DNA from: Candidatus Zambryskiibacteriota bacterium
GTDB taxonomy: Bacteria; Patescibacteriota; Minisyncoccia; Phycocordibacterales; WO2-35-19
Direction of reading: 5' to 3'
Assembly: GCA_043799105.1 (NCBI GenBank)
Contig: JAZDOB010000010.1
Coordinates: forward strand, 10,516 to 74,515
DNA: 64,000 nt
The translations under genes were made by a program, and so were the position numbers. Position 1 is the first letter of the stretch, and each line of letters begins with the position of its first letter. This document shows positions 48,310 through 57,388 of the stretch, piece after piece. Below the pieces are notes generated by a model. The model was not told the DNA's origin, ran no database searches, and saw only the letters and a list, made by a program, of their open reading frames with translations.

Positions 48310-50508
48310 ATGTCAAACAATCATTTTAGATACATCATATTGGCTGGCTTATTTGCCATACCGTTTGTGCCGTTTGTTGTGAGTTCTTCGCTTTTCTTTC
48401 CTTTTATCACTGGCAAAGCATTTGTTTTTCGTATAATTGTTGAAATAATTTTTGCTTGCTATTTGGTGTTGGCCATAAGAGACGAATCTTTCAGGCCCAA
48501 GTTCTCTTGGGTATTGGGCGCTCTGGTTGCCTTTTTGGTGGTGATGGGTGTGGCTGACTTTTTTGCGGTGAACCCTCTCAAGGCTTTTTGGAGCAACTAC
48601 GAAAGAATGGAAGGATACTCCCTTCTTCTTCATCTTGGAGCGTACTTTATCGTCCTGGGTTCTGTTTTCAAAACCGAAGGGCTGTGGAATAAACTCTTGG
48701 TTACCAGTCTCGGGGCTTCCGCAATTATGGCCGTCTATTCCTTTATGCAGTTGGCCGGTAGGATCACCATCAATCAGGGCGGGGTGAGAGTGGATGGGAC
48801 TCTTGGCAATGCTTCCTATCTGGGTATTTATATGGTCTTCCATATATTTTTGGCTATGCTTCTTTTTGTTCGTTTCAGGTCTAATTGGCAGAGATTACTC
48901 ATTGGTGTTGTCGCTCTAATGGATCTAGTAGTGCTCTATTTTACGGCAACCAGGGGGGCAATACTGGGTCTTATTGGCGGCGCCCTTGTTACTTTTGTGT
49001 TTTTGGCTTTAAAATCTGAAAAAGGAGACAAAATAAGAAAAATTGCCGGAGCGAGTCTATTGGGGTTGATTATTTTTGTGGGTTTGTTTTTTGCTTTTAA
49101 GAACGCTTCTTTTGTTCAGACAAATCCGGTGCTCAGCAGGTTTGCCACTCTCTCGTTTTCCGAAATTAAAACTCAGGGCCGATACTATGTATGGCCTATG
49201 GCGGTGAAAGGATTTATGGAGAAACCGATTTTGGGGTGGGGGCAAGAAGGTTTCAATTTTGTTTTTAACAAATATTATGATCCACGGATGGCCAATAATC
49301 AGGAACCTTGGTTTGATAGGGCTCACAGCACTCCGCTTGACTGGCTTATAGCCGGCGGGGCGCTTGGTCTTTTGTCTTATCTCTCAATTTTTTTTGCTGT
49401 TCTATATTATATATTTAAATCAAAAGATGAAAATTTGTCCAAAAACGAAAAGGCGATTGTACTGGGACTATTGGCCGCCTACTTCTTTAATAATATTTTC
49501 GTCTTTGATCAGATAAGTAGCTACATTTTGTTTTTTACCATTATCGCTTACATACATTCCCATGCGCCGGAAACACCAGTGTCCTGGTGGGATAGGATTT
49601 CGGCAAAAATCGGGAAAATGCTTAATAATGAAAGATTGAAACCCGTTTTGGAAGCATTCGTACTGATTCTTACGGTAGCTATAATATATTTTGTCGTTTA
49701 TGTGCCGTGGCGACAAAATAAAGATCTTCTGGAGGTATTAAAATTAAATAGCGAAGGGAAAATAGGGACGATAGAAGTCTATGCCAAACCTCTAGCTGAC
49801 GGTGATTTGGGTTTTCCCGAAAGTCTGGAGTTCACTTCTCAAACAGCCGTTAACGTAGCCTCAAGTCCGGATGCTCCACCGGAATTGAAACAAAAATTAT
49901 TTGATACGGTAGATAAAGCTTTTGTAAAGTATATAAAAAGAGTGCCGAATGATGCCCGTTACCGGCTTTTCTACGGAATCTTTCTTTCTAGGTTTGGCTG
50001 GTATGGGAGGGCGGTTGAACAATTAAAAGAAGCTCAAAAACTTTCTCCGAGTAAACAGCAGATATATTTTGAGTTGATAAGCAATCTTTTATTTGATACT
50101 AAAACAGATGAAGCTCTGCAGGATGCCAAAATTGCCTACGAACTGGAACCCTCATACGAGGAAGCCAGATTTATATACGGCATGACTCTTCTGGCTTCCG
50201 GAAACACCGTTCTTTCGGGAGAAATTTTGAAAGATGTACCAGAGAAAAAGATTATTTTTGATGACAGATACCTTACTATTCTTTTGGCTCTCAAACAATA
50301 TAACCAAATAATTGAAGTTGTAAAAAAAAGAATTGAACTTAGTCCGGGAAATCCGCAACATTATATAACTCTCACTGCCGCTTATTTGCAGGACAACAGG
50401 AGGCAGGAAGCTGTCCAGACACTGGAGGAACTTATAAAATTAGAGCCCTCTTTTAAAGAGAGAGGAGAATATTATATAAATGAAATAAAAGCCGGCAGAA
50501 ACCCTTAA
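48310..50508 (+). CDS. O-antigen ligase-like (Wzy_C) membrane protein with C-terminal TPR repeats
   Basis: GTLGNASY, TATRGA, GWGQEGF, FDRAHS; helical TPR-like tail. Confidence 0.85.
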   Translation: MSNNHFRYIILAGLFAIPFVPFVVSSSLFFPFITGKAFVFRIIVEIIFACYLVLAIRDESFRPKFSWVLGALVAFLVVMGVADFFAVNPLKAFWSNYERMEGYSLLLHLGAYFIVLGSVFKTEGLWNKLLVTSLGASAIMAVYSFMQLAGRITINQGGVRVDGTLGNASYLGIYMVFHIFLAMLLFVRFRSNWQRLLIGVVALMDLVVLYFTATRGAILGLIGGALVTFVFLALKSEKGDKIRKIAGASLLGLIIFVGLFFAFKNASFVQTNPVLSRFATLSFSEIKTQGRYYVWPMAVKGFMEKPILGWGQEGFNFVFNKYYDPRMANNQEPWFDRAHSTPLDWLIAGGALGLLSYLSIFFAVLYYIFKSKDENLSKNEKAIVLGLLAAYFFNNIFVFDQISSYILFFTIIAYIHSHAPETPVSWWDRISAKIGKMLNNERLKPVLEAFVLILTVAIIYFVVYVPWRQNKDLLEVLKLNSEGKIGTIEVYAKPLADGDLGFPESLEFTSQTAVNVASSPDAPPELKQKLFDTVDKAFVKYIKRVPNDARYRLFYGIFLSRFGWYGRAVEQLKEAQKLSPSKQQIYFELISNLLFDTKTDEALQDAKIAYELEPSYEEARFIYGMTLLASGNTVLSGEILKDVPEKKIIFDDRYLTILLALKQYNQIIEVVKKRIELSPGNPQHYITLTAAYLQDNRRQEAVQTLEELIKLEPSFKERGEYYINEIKAGRNP

Positions 50509-50527
50509 AATAAAGGTTTCTTGAGCC

Positions 50528-50536
50528 TTATCCACA
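50528..50536 (+). promoter_or_regulatory. DnaA box consensus
   Basis: TTATCCACA immediately upstream of a -35 box; second copy at 50815-50823. Confidence 0.55.
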
Positions 50537-50542
50537 AATGGT

Positions 50543-50571
50543 TTGCACAAAATCGTAGAATATGCTATACT
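50543..50571 (+). promoter_or_regulatory. Sigma70 promoter with no long ORF downstream
   Basis: TTGCAC-17bp-TATACT with extended TG. Confidence 0.7.
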
Positions 50572-50576
50572 TATAA

Positions 50577-50652
50577 GGTGAGTGTGGTGAAGCAATTTCC
50601 ACACAAATGAATGTCTGCGAAAGCGCCACCTAACGGTGGCATTTTCGTTTTT
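50577..50652 (+). ncRNA. Candidate ~75-nt small RNA
   Basis: Follows the promoter; hairpin gtgtgg/ccacac, then terminator-like gccacc-taac-ggtggc plus a U-rich tail. Confidence 0.45.
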
Positions 50653-50678
50653 CAAAAATTTTTGTATACTTAAATATG

Positions 50679-50755
50679 TGTCGTGGCGTGACCGGCGGTT
50701 CGCACTCACATAGACATTTGTTTTGGAGATAGCTTCCGCCGGTCGCGCGACGACA
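50679..50755. ncRNA. Candidate structured RNA (20-bp GC-rich stem, 37-nt loop)
   Basis: tgtcgtggcgtgaccggcgg pairs with ccgccggtcgcgcgacgaca (one mismatch, one GU); TATACT at 50665-50670. Confidence 0.4.
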
Positions 50756-50985
50756 TTTGTTTTAGAAATTATTTTTGATATTTTTTTTATAAATTTTTTC
50801 TGAAAATAAAAAAGTTATCCACATATTTTGTAAAAAATCATTTACTTAAAATTTTTTTAGAGCGATAATTAGAACAAGGTCGATCGTCGCGTGAGATTTC
50901 TGAAAGAAATTTTTTACGCGACAAGCGCGCTTAAAAATAATCTCATTCTAATCCCGATGTTCTTCGGGAAAGGAATCTCACTAGA

Positions 50986-51027
50986 ATGGCAAAAAAGAAA
51001 AAAGCATCAAAGAAGAAAAGAGCATAA
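50986..51027 (+). CDS. 13-aa lysine-rich micro-peptide MAKKKKASKKKRA
   Basis: Clean ATG..TAA with a structured leader, a plausible promoter (TTTACT-17-GATAAT, 50841-50869) and a downstream terminator. Confidence 0.55.
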   Translation: MAKKKKASKKKRA

Positions 51028-51051
51028 CAGCTTTTTCCTGCTTAACAAAGA

Positions 51052-51080
51052 TTCCGCCTCTCGGCGGAGTTTTTGTTTTT
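51052..51080 (+). terminator. Intrinsic terminator
   Basis: ttccgcc-tctc-ggcggag followed by tttttgttttt. Confidence 0.75.
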
Positions 51081-51099
51081 GTGATAATATAAGCCTATT

Positions 51100-53472
51100 A
51101 TGTCGTTTTTGAACAAAATATTTGGAGATCAAAATAAGCGGTATATAAAGGAAATAGAGCATTTAATTCCTCAAATAAACAGCTTTGAAGAGACTGTTTC
51201 TAAATTGTCTGACCAAGAATTAAAAAATAAAACAGTTGAATTCAAAGAAAGATTGGAAAAAGGAGAAACACTGGAAGATATTTTACCTGAAGCTTTTGCT
51301 TGCGTACGCGAAGCGGCCAGGAGGACTTTAAAGGAGAGGCATTTTGATGTGCAACTTTTAGGAGGCATTGTGATGCATCGCGGAGGTATTTCCGAGATGC
51401 GCACCGGAGAGGGCAAAACTTTAGTGGCTACTCTACCGGCGTATCTCAATGCTCTGGAGGGCGAAGGAGTACATGTAGTGACGGTCAATGATTATCTTTC
51501 GCGTCGTGATGCTGTTTGGATGGGAGAAATTTATGATGCACTGGGTCTTTCAGTTGGAGTGATCGCTCACGAATCTTCTTTTATATATAATCCGCAGATT
51601 GAAAACGAAGAACAGGACAAAGAGAGAGACGAAAAGGGTTCTTTCCATATTGTTCATGAATTTTTGAAGCCTTGTAGCCGAGTGGAAGCTTATGAAGCCG
51701 ATATCACTTATGGCACCAACAGCGAATTCGGTTTTGATTACCTGCGGGACAATCTGGAGTATAAATACGAAAATGTGAGGCAGAAGAGGCACCACTTTGC
51801 TATCGTGGATGAAATAGACTCAATCCTTATAGATGAAGCAAGGACGCCACTTATTATTTCTGCGCCGGCGGCTGATTCCGATATTTTATACAGAAAATTT
51901 GCGGGCGTGGCCGATAGACTTAAAGAAAACGAACATTATACGGTGGATGAAAAAATGCACGCAGTGCTCTTAACAGACGAAGGCATCAGTAAGGCGGAGG
52001 AAATTTTGGGTTTGGCAAACATCTATGCGGAAGGAGGTATAAAGCTGGTGCATCATTTGGAAACGGCGGCCAAAGCCAAGGCTTTGTATCGCAGAGATAA
52101 AGATTACGTGGTTAAAGATGACGAGGTGATTATCGTTGACCCTTATACCGGCCGGCTTCAGCCGGGCAGACGATGGTCGGAAGGTTTGCATCAAGCCATT
52201 GAAGCCAAAGAAAATGTCAGTGTCCAAAAAGAAAGTCGCACTTTTGCTTCCATCACTTACCAAAACTATTTCAGAATGTATGAAAAATTATCGGGTATGA
52301 CCGGCACCGCTGCCACTTCCAGCGAGGAATTTTATAAAGTTTACGGTTTGAATACGGTAACTATACCGACAAACAAGTCTTCTGCCAGAGCTGACAAAAA
52401 TGATCTTATTTTTCAGACCGAAAATGGCAAACTTTTAGCTATTGCCCGAAAAGTAAAAGAACTCCAAAAAAAGGGTCAGCCGGTGCTTATAGGCACCATC
52501 TCCATTGAGAAAAACGAGCTTTTGGGTGAATACTTAAAAAGAGAAGGGGTAAATTTTGAAATGTTAAATGCCAAAAATCACGAAAGAGAAGGGGAAATTA
52601 TAGCTCAAGCCGGTCGAGAGGGGGGAGTGACGGTGGCTACCAACATGGCCGGCCGTGGCGTGGACATAAAACTTGGCGGAGCGCCTTTTGAAAAATCGGC
52701 TTACGAGAAAGTTAAAAGTCTGAATGGCCTTTTTGTTTTGGGTACCGAGAGACATGACGCCAGGCGCATAGATAATCAGCTGAGAGGACGCTCGGGTCGA
52801 CAGGGTGACCCGGGAGAGACGCAATTTTTCGTATCCATGGAAGACCACATCATGAGAGTTTTTGCGGCAGATACCGTCAAAAATATGATGGGACGCCTCG
52901 GCATCCCCGAAGATGAGGCCATTGAAAATAAACTTATCACCAGATCTCTTGAAAGCGCTCAGGAAAAAATAGAGGGTCTCAATTTTGACGCCCGCAAACA
53001 TATTTTGGAATATGACGATGTTTTGAATTTTCAGAGAAAGACTTTTTATGAAAGGAGAAGAAAAATATTAACGGAAGAAATGGACGAAAAAGTACGCAGT
53101 CTAAAATTGCAGGTTTACGATATGTTTTGGGTTGACCATTTGGAAATGATGGATTATCTGCGCAATTCGGTCAACTTGCGCGCTTATGGTCAAAGAGATC
53201 CTTTGGTTGAATATAAAAAAGAGGGCTTGAAACTTTTCAAGGAAATGGAAGAGAATATTGAAAATACCATTGCTGAGAATCTGAAAAAATTGGCGGAGTT
53301 TGGAAATATTTCCAGCGAGCAAAAGGAAATAGAAAACCAAGCGCTCAAAATCACAGGTGTCACTGATACTTCAAACAACCCCGCTGTTTCTAACGAACAT
53401 AAAGATGTTGGCAGAAATGACCCATGCTGGTGTGGTTCGGGTTTGAAATATAAGAGGTGCCATGGAAAGTAA
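51100..53472 (+). CDS. secA: Preprotein translocase ATPase SecA
   Basis: EMRTGEGKT, VTVNDYL, VDEIDSILIDEARTPLIIS, ATNMAGRG, RIDNQLRGRSGRQGDPG, GRNDPCWCGSGLKYKRCHG. Confidence 0.98.
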   Translation: MSFLNKIFGDQNKRYIKEIEHLIPQINSFEETVSKLSDQELKNKTVEFKERLEKGETLEDILPEAFACVREAARRTLKERHFDVQLLGGIVMHRGGISEMRTGEGKTLVATLPAYLNALEGEGVHVVTVNDYLSRRDAVWMGEIYDALGLSVGVIAHESSFIYNPQIENEEQDKERDEKGSFHIVHEFLKPCSRVEAYEADITYGTNSEFGFDYLRDNLEYKYENVRQKRHHFAIVDEIDSILIDEARTPLIISAPAADSDILYRKFAGVADRLKENEHYTVDEKMHAVLLTDEGISKAEEILGLANIYAEGGIKLVHHLETAAKAKALYRRDKDYVVKDDEVIIVDPYTGRLQPGRRWSEGLHQAIEAKENVSVQKESRTFASITYQNYFRMYEKLSGMTGTAATSSEEFYKVYGLNTVTIPTNKSSARADKNDLIFQTENGKLLAIARKVKELQKKGQPVLIGTISIEKNELLGEYLKREGVNFEMLNAKNHEREGEIIAQAGREGGVTVATNMAGRGVDIKLGGAPFEKSAYEKVKSLNGLFVLGTERHDARRIDNQLRGRSGRQGDPGETQFFVSMEDHIMRVFAADTVKNMMGRLGIPEDEAIENKLITRSLESAQEKIEGLNFDARKHILEYDDVLNFQRKTFYERRRKILTEEMDEKVRSLKLQVYDMFWVDHLEMMDYLRNSVNLRAYGQRDPLVEYKKEGLKLFKEMEENIENTIAENLKKLAEFGNISSEQKEIENQALKITGVTDTSNNPAVSNEHKDVGRNDPCWCGSGLKYKRCHGK

Positions 53473-53499
53473 ATTGGAAATCAATTAAAATGATGTGAT

Positions 53500-53856
53500 A
53501 TGACAGACATAAGAATTATAAAAAAACCCATAACGAGAACAGAACTCAAGAAAATTGCCAAAGAGAGATTTGGCGATTTGGTCAAGGCAGCAGTCGATAT
53601 ACGGCAGGGAATTATGGCTGTCGGAGGTGAATTGCACGTTGATATGGAATCGCTTTTGGTTGAGCGGGAAAATTCTATCGGGACTGAAACTTGGGGGATC
53701 AACATCTATCCGGAAAATTTTGGCGAGGATTTTGTTGAGTTTGATTCCATGATTAATTTGAAACCAGCGCTTGGAAACAGGACGAGAAATGTAGAGGATG
53801 AAAAGCTGAGAAAAAAAATAATAGGAATTGTAAATGATTTAATAAAAGAGGGATGA
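53500..53856 (+). CDS. DUF5674-like protein
   Basis: LVKAAVD, GGELH, WGINIYP, EFDSMIN. Confidence 0.7.
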   Translation: MTDIRIIKKPITRTELKKIAKERFGDLVKAAVDIRQGIMAVGGELHVDMESLLVERENSIGTETWGINIYPENFGEDFVEFDSMINLKPALGNRTRNVEDEKLRKKIIGIVNDLIKEG

Positions 53857-54185
53857 ACCAAACGATTCACAAAGATCTCGCCGAAGGTAGATGGTTCACT
53901 ATGTCACTTGCGGAGCAAATGGGAAATATAGGCAGTGAGGTGTCTAGAGCCGGAAAGCAACAGGGAAAAAACGAAAATCTTTTTAACAAAGCGGTTGAAA
54001 GAGCGTTGGAACTTTTTTATTTGACTTTGCATGATAAAAGATGGAAGGGTCGCCTGAAAGAAATCGGTAGAGCAAAAGATGTTTTTTGCGATGCTGTTTT
54101 GGGTGGCAAAGACTATGATAGCAGTTTCAAAAATATACAAAAATATTTCGATTATTTTGGAATAGCCGCCAGATTGCATGTCTGA
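53853..54185 (+). CDS. Conserved hypothetical all-helical protein
   Basis: 110 aa, ATGA-coupled to the previous gene; EQMGNIGSEVSRA motif. Confidence 0.7.
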   Translation: MNQTIHKDLAEGRWFTMSLAEQMGNIGSEVSRAGKQQGKNENLFNKAVERALELFYLTLHDKRWKGRLKEIGRAKDVFCDAVLGGKDYDSSFKNIQKYFDYFGIAARLHV

Positions 54186-54197
54186 TATACTCAATAA

Positions 54198-54836
54198 ATG
54201 ATTGAATTTTTTGTACACTTTTTACAGGTAAACGTGTTGCCTTTGGGTGCCTTTGGGGTTTTCGTGGCATCTGTAATAGAAGAGGTGATAGCTCCTATTC
54301 CTTCGGCTTTGGTGATGACCATGTCGGGCTTCCTTTTGGTTACCGGTCCTGTCTCTTTTGGAGCTATTTCAGCCGTCATCTTTAAGGTGGCCATACCGGC
54401 AGCTTTGGGAGTGACCATTGGCTCTTATGTAGTCTATTTCATCGCTCGCTTTGGAGGCAGATTTGCTATTGAGAGATGGGGTAAATATATAGGTCTCTAT
54501 TGGACAGACATAGAAAAGTTTCAAAAACGTATGAGCGGGACCAGGCGGGACGATATTCTTATAGGAGTGGCCAGGATTGTGCCGATTATTCCGAGCACGG
54601 CCATATCGGCTTTTTGCGGTATTTTGGAAATGAATGTAATCAAATATTTTGTGATTTCTTTCGTCGGGGTGTTTTTTAGAGGCATTATTTTGGGCATTTT
54701 AGGTTGGCAGGTGGGAAATGTTTATGAAAAGTACGCCAGAGCCATATCCTCTGCGGAAAACGCGATCTTAATATCCACCATTTTAGCTGTTGTGATTTTT
54801 ATTGTGTTAAAATATAAGGGCAGTAAGAGAAAATGA
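54198..54836 (+). CDS. DedA/VTT family membrane protein
   Basis: EEVIAPIPS, GVTIGSYVVYFIARFGG, ARIVP. Confidence 0.85.
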   Translation: MIEFFVHFLQVNVLPLGAFGVFVASVIEEVIAPIPSALVMTMSGFLLVTGPVSFGAISAVIFKVAIPAALGVTIGSYVVYFIARFGGRFAIERWGKYIGLYWTDIEKFQKRMSGTRRDDILIGVARIVPIIPSTAISAFCGILEMNVIKYFVISFVGVFFRGIILGILGWQVGNVYEKYARAISSAENAILISTILAVVIFIVLKYKGSKRK

Positions 54837-54888
54837 AAAGTTTCTCTTCTGTCTTTGTATCTCAAAAATCATACAACTTTAAAATAAA

Positions 54889-56172
54889 GTGGCTAATTTC
54901 AAATTACCAAGTGTCTTGATGTTCGGATGGGAATTTCCGCCGTTTAATAGTGGAGGTTTGGGTGTCGCCTGCGAGGGGCTTTCCAAAGCTTTGGCTTCGA
55001 GCGGAGTCGGTTTGACTTTTGTTTTACCTCTAAAAGTTCCCATATCTGCTTCCTGGTGTAAGTTTGTTTTTGCCAATGAATCGGACCTTATAGACGAAAC
55101 AGAAATAAAGGGTTTGTTTGCTGGTTATAACAGTCATAGTTCTTCTAAAACAGGAAAATACGGTCTGCCCGAGTTTGTATCCGGGAGTTTGATGCAAAGA
55201 GTAAAGGCCTATGCCCTGAAAGCTCCCGGTATTGCCAGAAAAAATTCGCACTCAGTTATTCATGCTCACGATTGGCTCACGTATCCAGCCGGCATTGCCG
55301 CCAAAGAAGCCTCGGGTAAGCCTTTGGTAGTCCATGTCCACGCCACCCAGTTTGACCAGAGCGCGGGAGACAATGTTAACAGAGAAGTTTACAACATTGA
55401 ACTTGAAGGTTATCGCAGGGCGGATATGGTCGTAGCGGTTTCTGGCCGCACCAGAGAAAAAATTATTCAAAAATACGGCATCTCGCCGGATAAAGTAAAA
55501 GTGGTTCATAATGGAGTGGAGTTTCAAAAGAGTAACGGCGGTGTACCGTCGTTTGTCAGGAAAATAAAAGAAGCAGGTGGCAAAATTGTTTTATTTGCCG
55601 GACGCATCACTTTGCAAAAGGGTCCAGATTATTTTGTGGCCATGGCCAAAAAGATTTTGGAGCATGAACCCAACACGTTCTTTGTGGTTTCAGGCAACGG
55701 CGATATGGAAGACCAGATGATAAGGCAAGTGTCGGGACTGGGCATTGTCAGGAATTTTATTTTTTGCGGATTTTTGCGTGGGGAAGAGCTGGCCACAATT
55801 TACAGAGACGCGGACATATATGTAATGCCCAGCGTCTCGGAACCTTTCGGTCTTCTACCGCTCGAATGTATGATTTCCGATACGCCGGTTCTGATTTCCA
55901 AAGAATCCGGCGTGAGCGAAGTGGTCAACTGCGTTTTGAAATCGCATTTTTGGGATATAGATGACATGGCCGACAAAGTAGTCTCGGTTTTGCGACATCA
56001 CAAATTAAAAAATCATTTATCCGTAAATGGCAGGGAAGAAGTGAAAGCTATCCACTGGAAAAAGGCCGCTGAATCTCTGGTTTCATTATATAATTCTCTA
56101 GACAATGCCTTCAGTGTGTTTTTACTTCCAAGTTCACCAGCCTTTGAGAGTGCGCAAGTACAGGATTTTTGA
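54889..56172 (+). CDS. Glycogen synthase-like glycosyltransferase (GT4/GT5)
   Basis: MFGWEFPP..SGGLG, IHAHDW, PSVSEPFG; clustered with GH57 and GH15. Confidence 0.85.
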   Translation: MANFKLPSVLMFGWEFPPFNSGGLGVACEGLSKALASSGVGLTFVLPLKVPISASWCKFVFANESDLIDETEIKGLFAGYNSHSSSKTGKYGLPEFVSGSLMQRVKAYALKAPGIARKNSHSVIHAHDWLTYPAGIAAKEASGKPLVVHVHATQFDQSAGDNVNREVYNIELEGYRRADMVVAVSGRTREKIIQKYGISPDKVKVVHNGVEFQKSNGGVPSFVRKIKEAGGKIVLFAGRITLQKGPDYFVAMAKKILEHEPNTFFVVSGNGDMEDQMIRQVSGLGIVRNFIFCGFLRGEELATIYRDADIYVMPSVSEPFGLLPLECMISDTPVLISKESGVSEVVNCVLKSHFWDIDDMADKVVSVLRHHKLKNHLSVNGREEVKAIHWKKAAESLVSLYNSLDNAFSVFLLPSSPAFESAQVQDF

Positions 56173-57364
56173 TGTTGGTCAAAATAGCTCTTATTTTAAT
56201 GATGAAAGCGGGACGAGTTTGGACAACAAGGCCATTATAGAAAAGGTGGCCGGTAAATGTTATCTGCCAGCTAACGCAGTCCTGCTTGAGAACATAAAAA
56301 ACAATCCCGAGTTCAAAGCGAGCTTCAGCATTTCCGGCGTGGCTTTGGAACAGTTTGAAAAATATAAACCAGAAGTGATTGATTCATTCAAATCTCTGGT
56401 TGATACGGGCAATGTCGAACTTTTATCCGAAACCTATCATCATTCTTTGGCCTCTGTTTATGACGAAGAAGAATTTGTAAATCAAGTAAATCTCCATCGC
56501 AAAAAAATTCAGGATCTTTTTGGGGTCACTCCATCTGTCTTCCGCAATACTGAACTTATTTATTCAAACGATATAGCCAAAATGGCGGAGAAGATGGGTT
56601 ACAAAGGTATTTTGGCTGAGGGGGCCGACCACGTCTTGGGTTGGCGAAGTCCGACTTTTGTTTATAAACCTGCCGGCACCGATAATATAAAATTATTGCT
56701 CAAGCATTACCGTCTTTCCGATGACGTGGCTTTCAGATTTAGCCAACAAAGTTGGGAAAGCTGGCCCCTGACCGCGCCCAAATTTGCCGATTGGATCTCT
56801 TCTCATAACGGCAACGGTAATACCATAAATCTTTTTATGGATTACGAAACCTTTGGCGAACATCAATGGGAAGATACCGGTATTTTTAATTTCTTGAAAT
56901 ATTTACCGGCTGAGATTTTAAAAAATCCAGACAATGATTTTGCCACTCCGTCTGAAGTTATAGATAGATATGAGGCGAAGGGGGAACTGGATGTCCCTTA
57001 CAATGTCTCGTGGGCTGACACAGAGAGGGACCTATCTGCTTGGACGTCAAACGATCTTCAGAAGCAGGCTCTGGAAACCATTTATGCTTTGGGCAAGGAG
57101 ATTGTCCACATTGATGATTTGGAACTTATAGAAGATTGGCGTCGCTTGCAGACTTCCGATCACTTCTATTATATGTGCACCAAGTGGTGGAATGACGGCG
57201 ATGTCCATAAATACTTTTCGCCATACGAATCGCCCTACGAAGCTTTCATTGCTTATATGAATGTTATGCAGGATTTGCGTCTCCGCTTGGATTCTGCCAA
57301 GAAAAAACAAGAACACGAAGTCTCTCTCCACAAAGTCAAACCACTTCGCTTTAGCGAAGTATAA
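56105..57364 (+). CDS. Glycoside hydrolase family 57 (alpha-amylase-like)
   Basis: QVHQP, ETYHHSL, FRNTELIY, MDYETFGEHQW, SWAD, QTSDHFYYM. Confidence 0.92.
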   Translation: MPSVCFYFQVHQPLRVRKYRIFDVGQNSSYFNDESGTSLDNKAIIEKVAGKCYLPANAVLLENIKNNPEFKASFSISGVALEQFEKYKPEVIDSFKSLVDTGNVELLSETYHHSLASVYDEEEFVNQVNLHRKKIQDLFGVTPSVFRNTELIYSNDIAKMAEKMGYKGILAEGADHVLGWRSPTFVYKPAGTDNIKLLLKHYRLSDDVAFRFSQQSWESWPLTAPKFADWISSHNGNGNTINLFMDYETFGEHQWEDTGIFNFLKYLPAEILKNPDNDFATPSEVIDRYEAKGELDVPYNVSWADTERDLSAWTSNDLQKQALETIYALGKEIVHIDDLELIEDWRRLQTSDHFYYMCTKWWNDGDVHKYFSPYESPYEAFIAYMNVMQDLRLRLDSAKKKQEHEVSLHKVKPLRFSEV

Positions 57365-57388
57365 GCGGATTGTGATAAAATAAAGGGT

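Noticed and set aside
50520-51080. tRNA, tmRNA, SRP RNA, RNase P or a known riboswitch
   Set aside because: I could not find a T-loop/cloverleaf, the SRP GGAA-loop core, RNase P GAGGAAAGUCC or tmRNA ends. Left as unknown structured RNA candidates.
50891-51112. 73-aa ORF from the track upstream of secA
   Set aside because: It runs through strong hairpins and a terminator; the 13-aa Lys-rich ORF in another frame fits the signals better.
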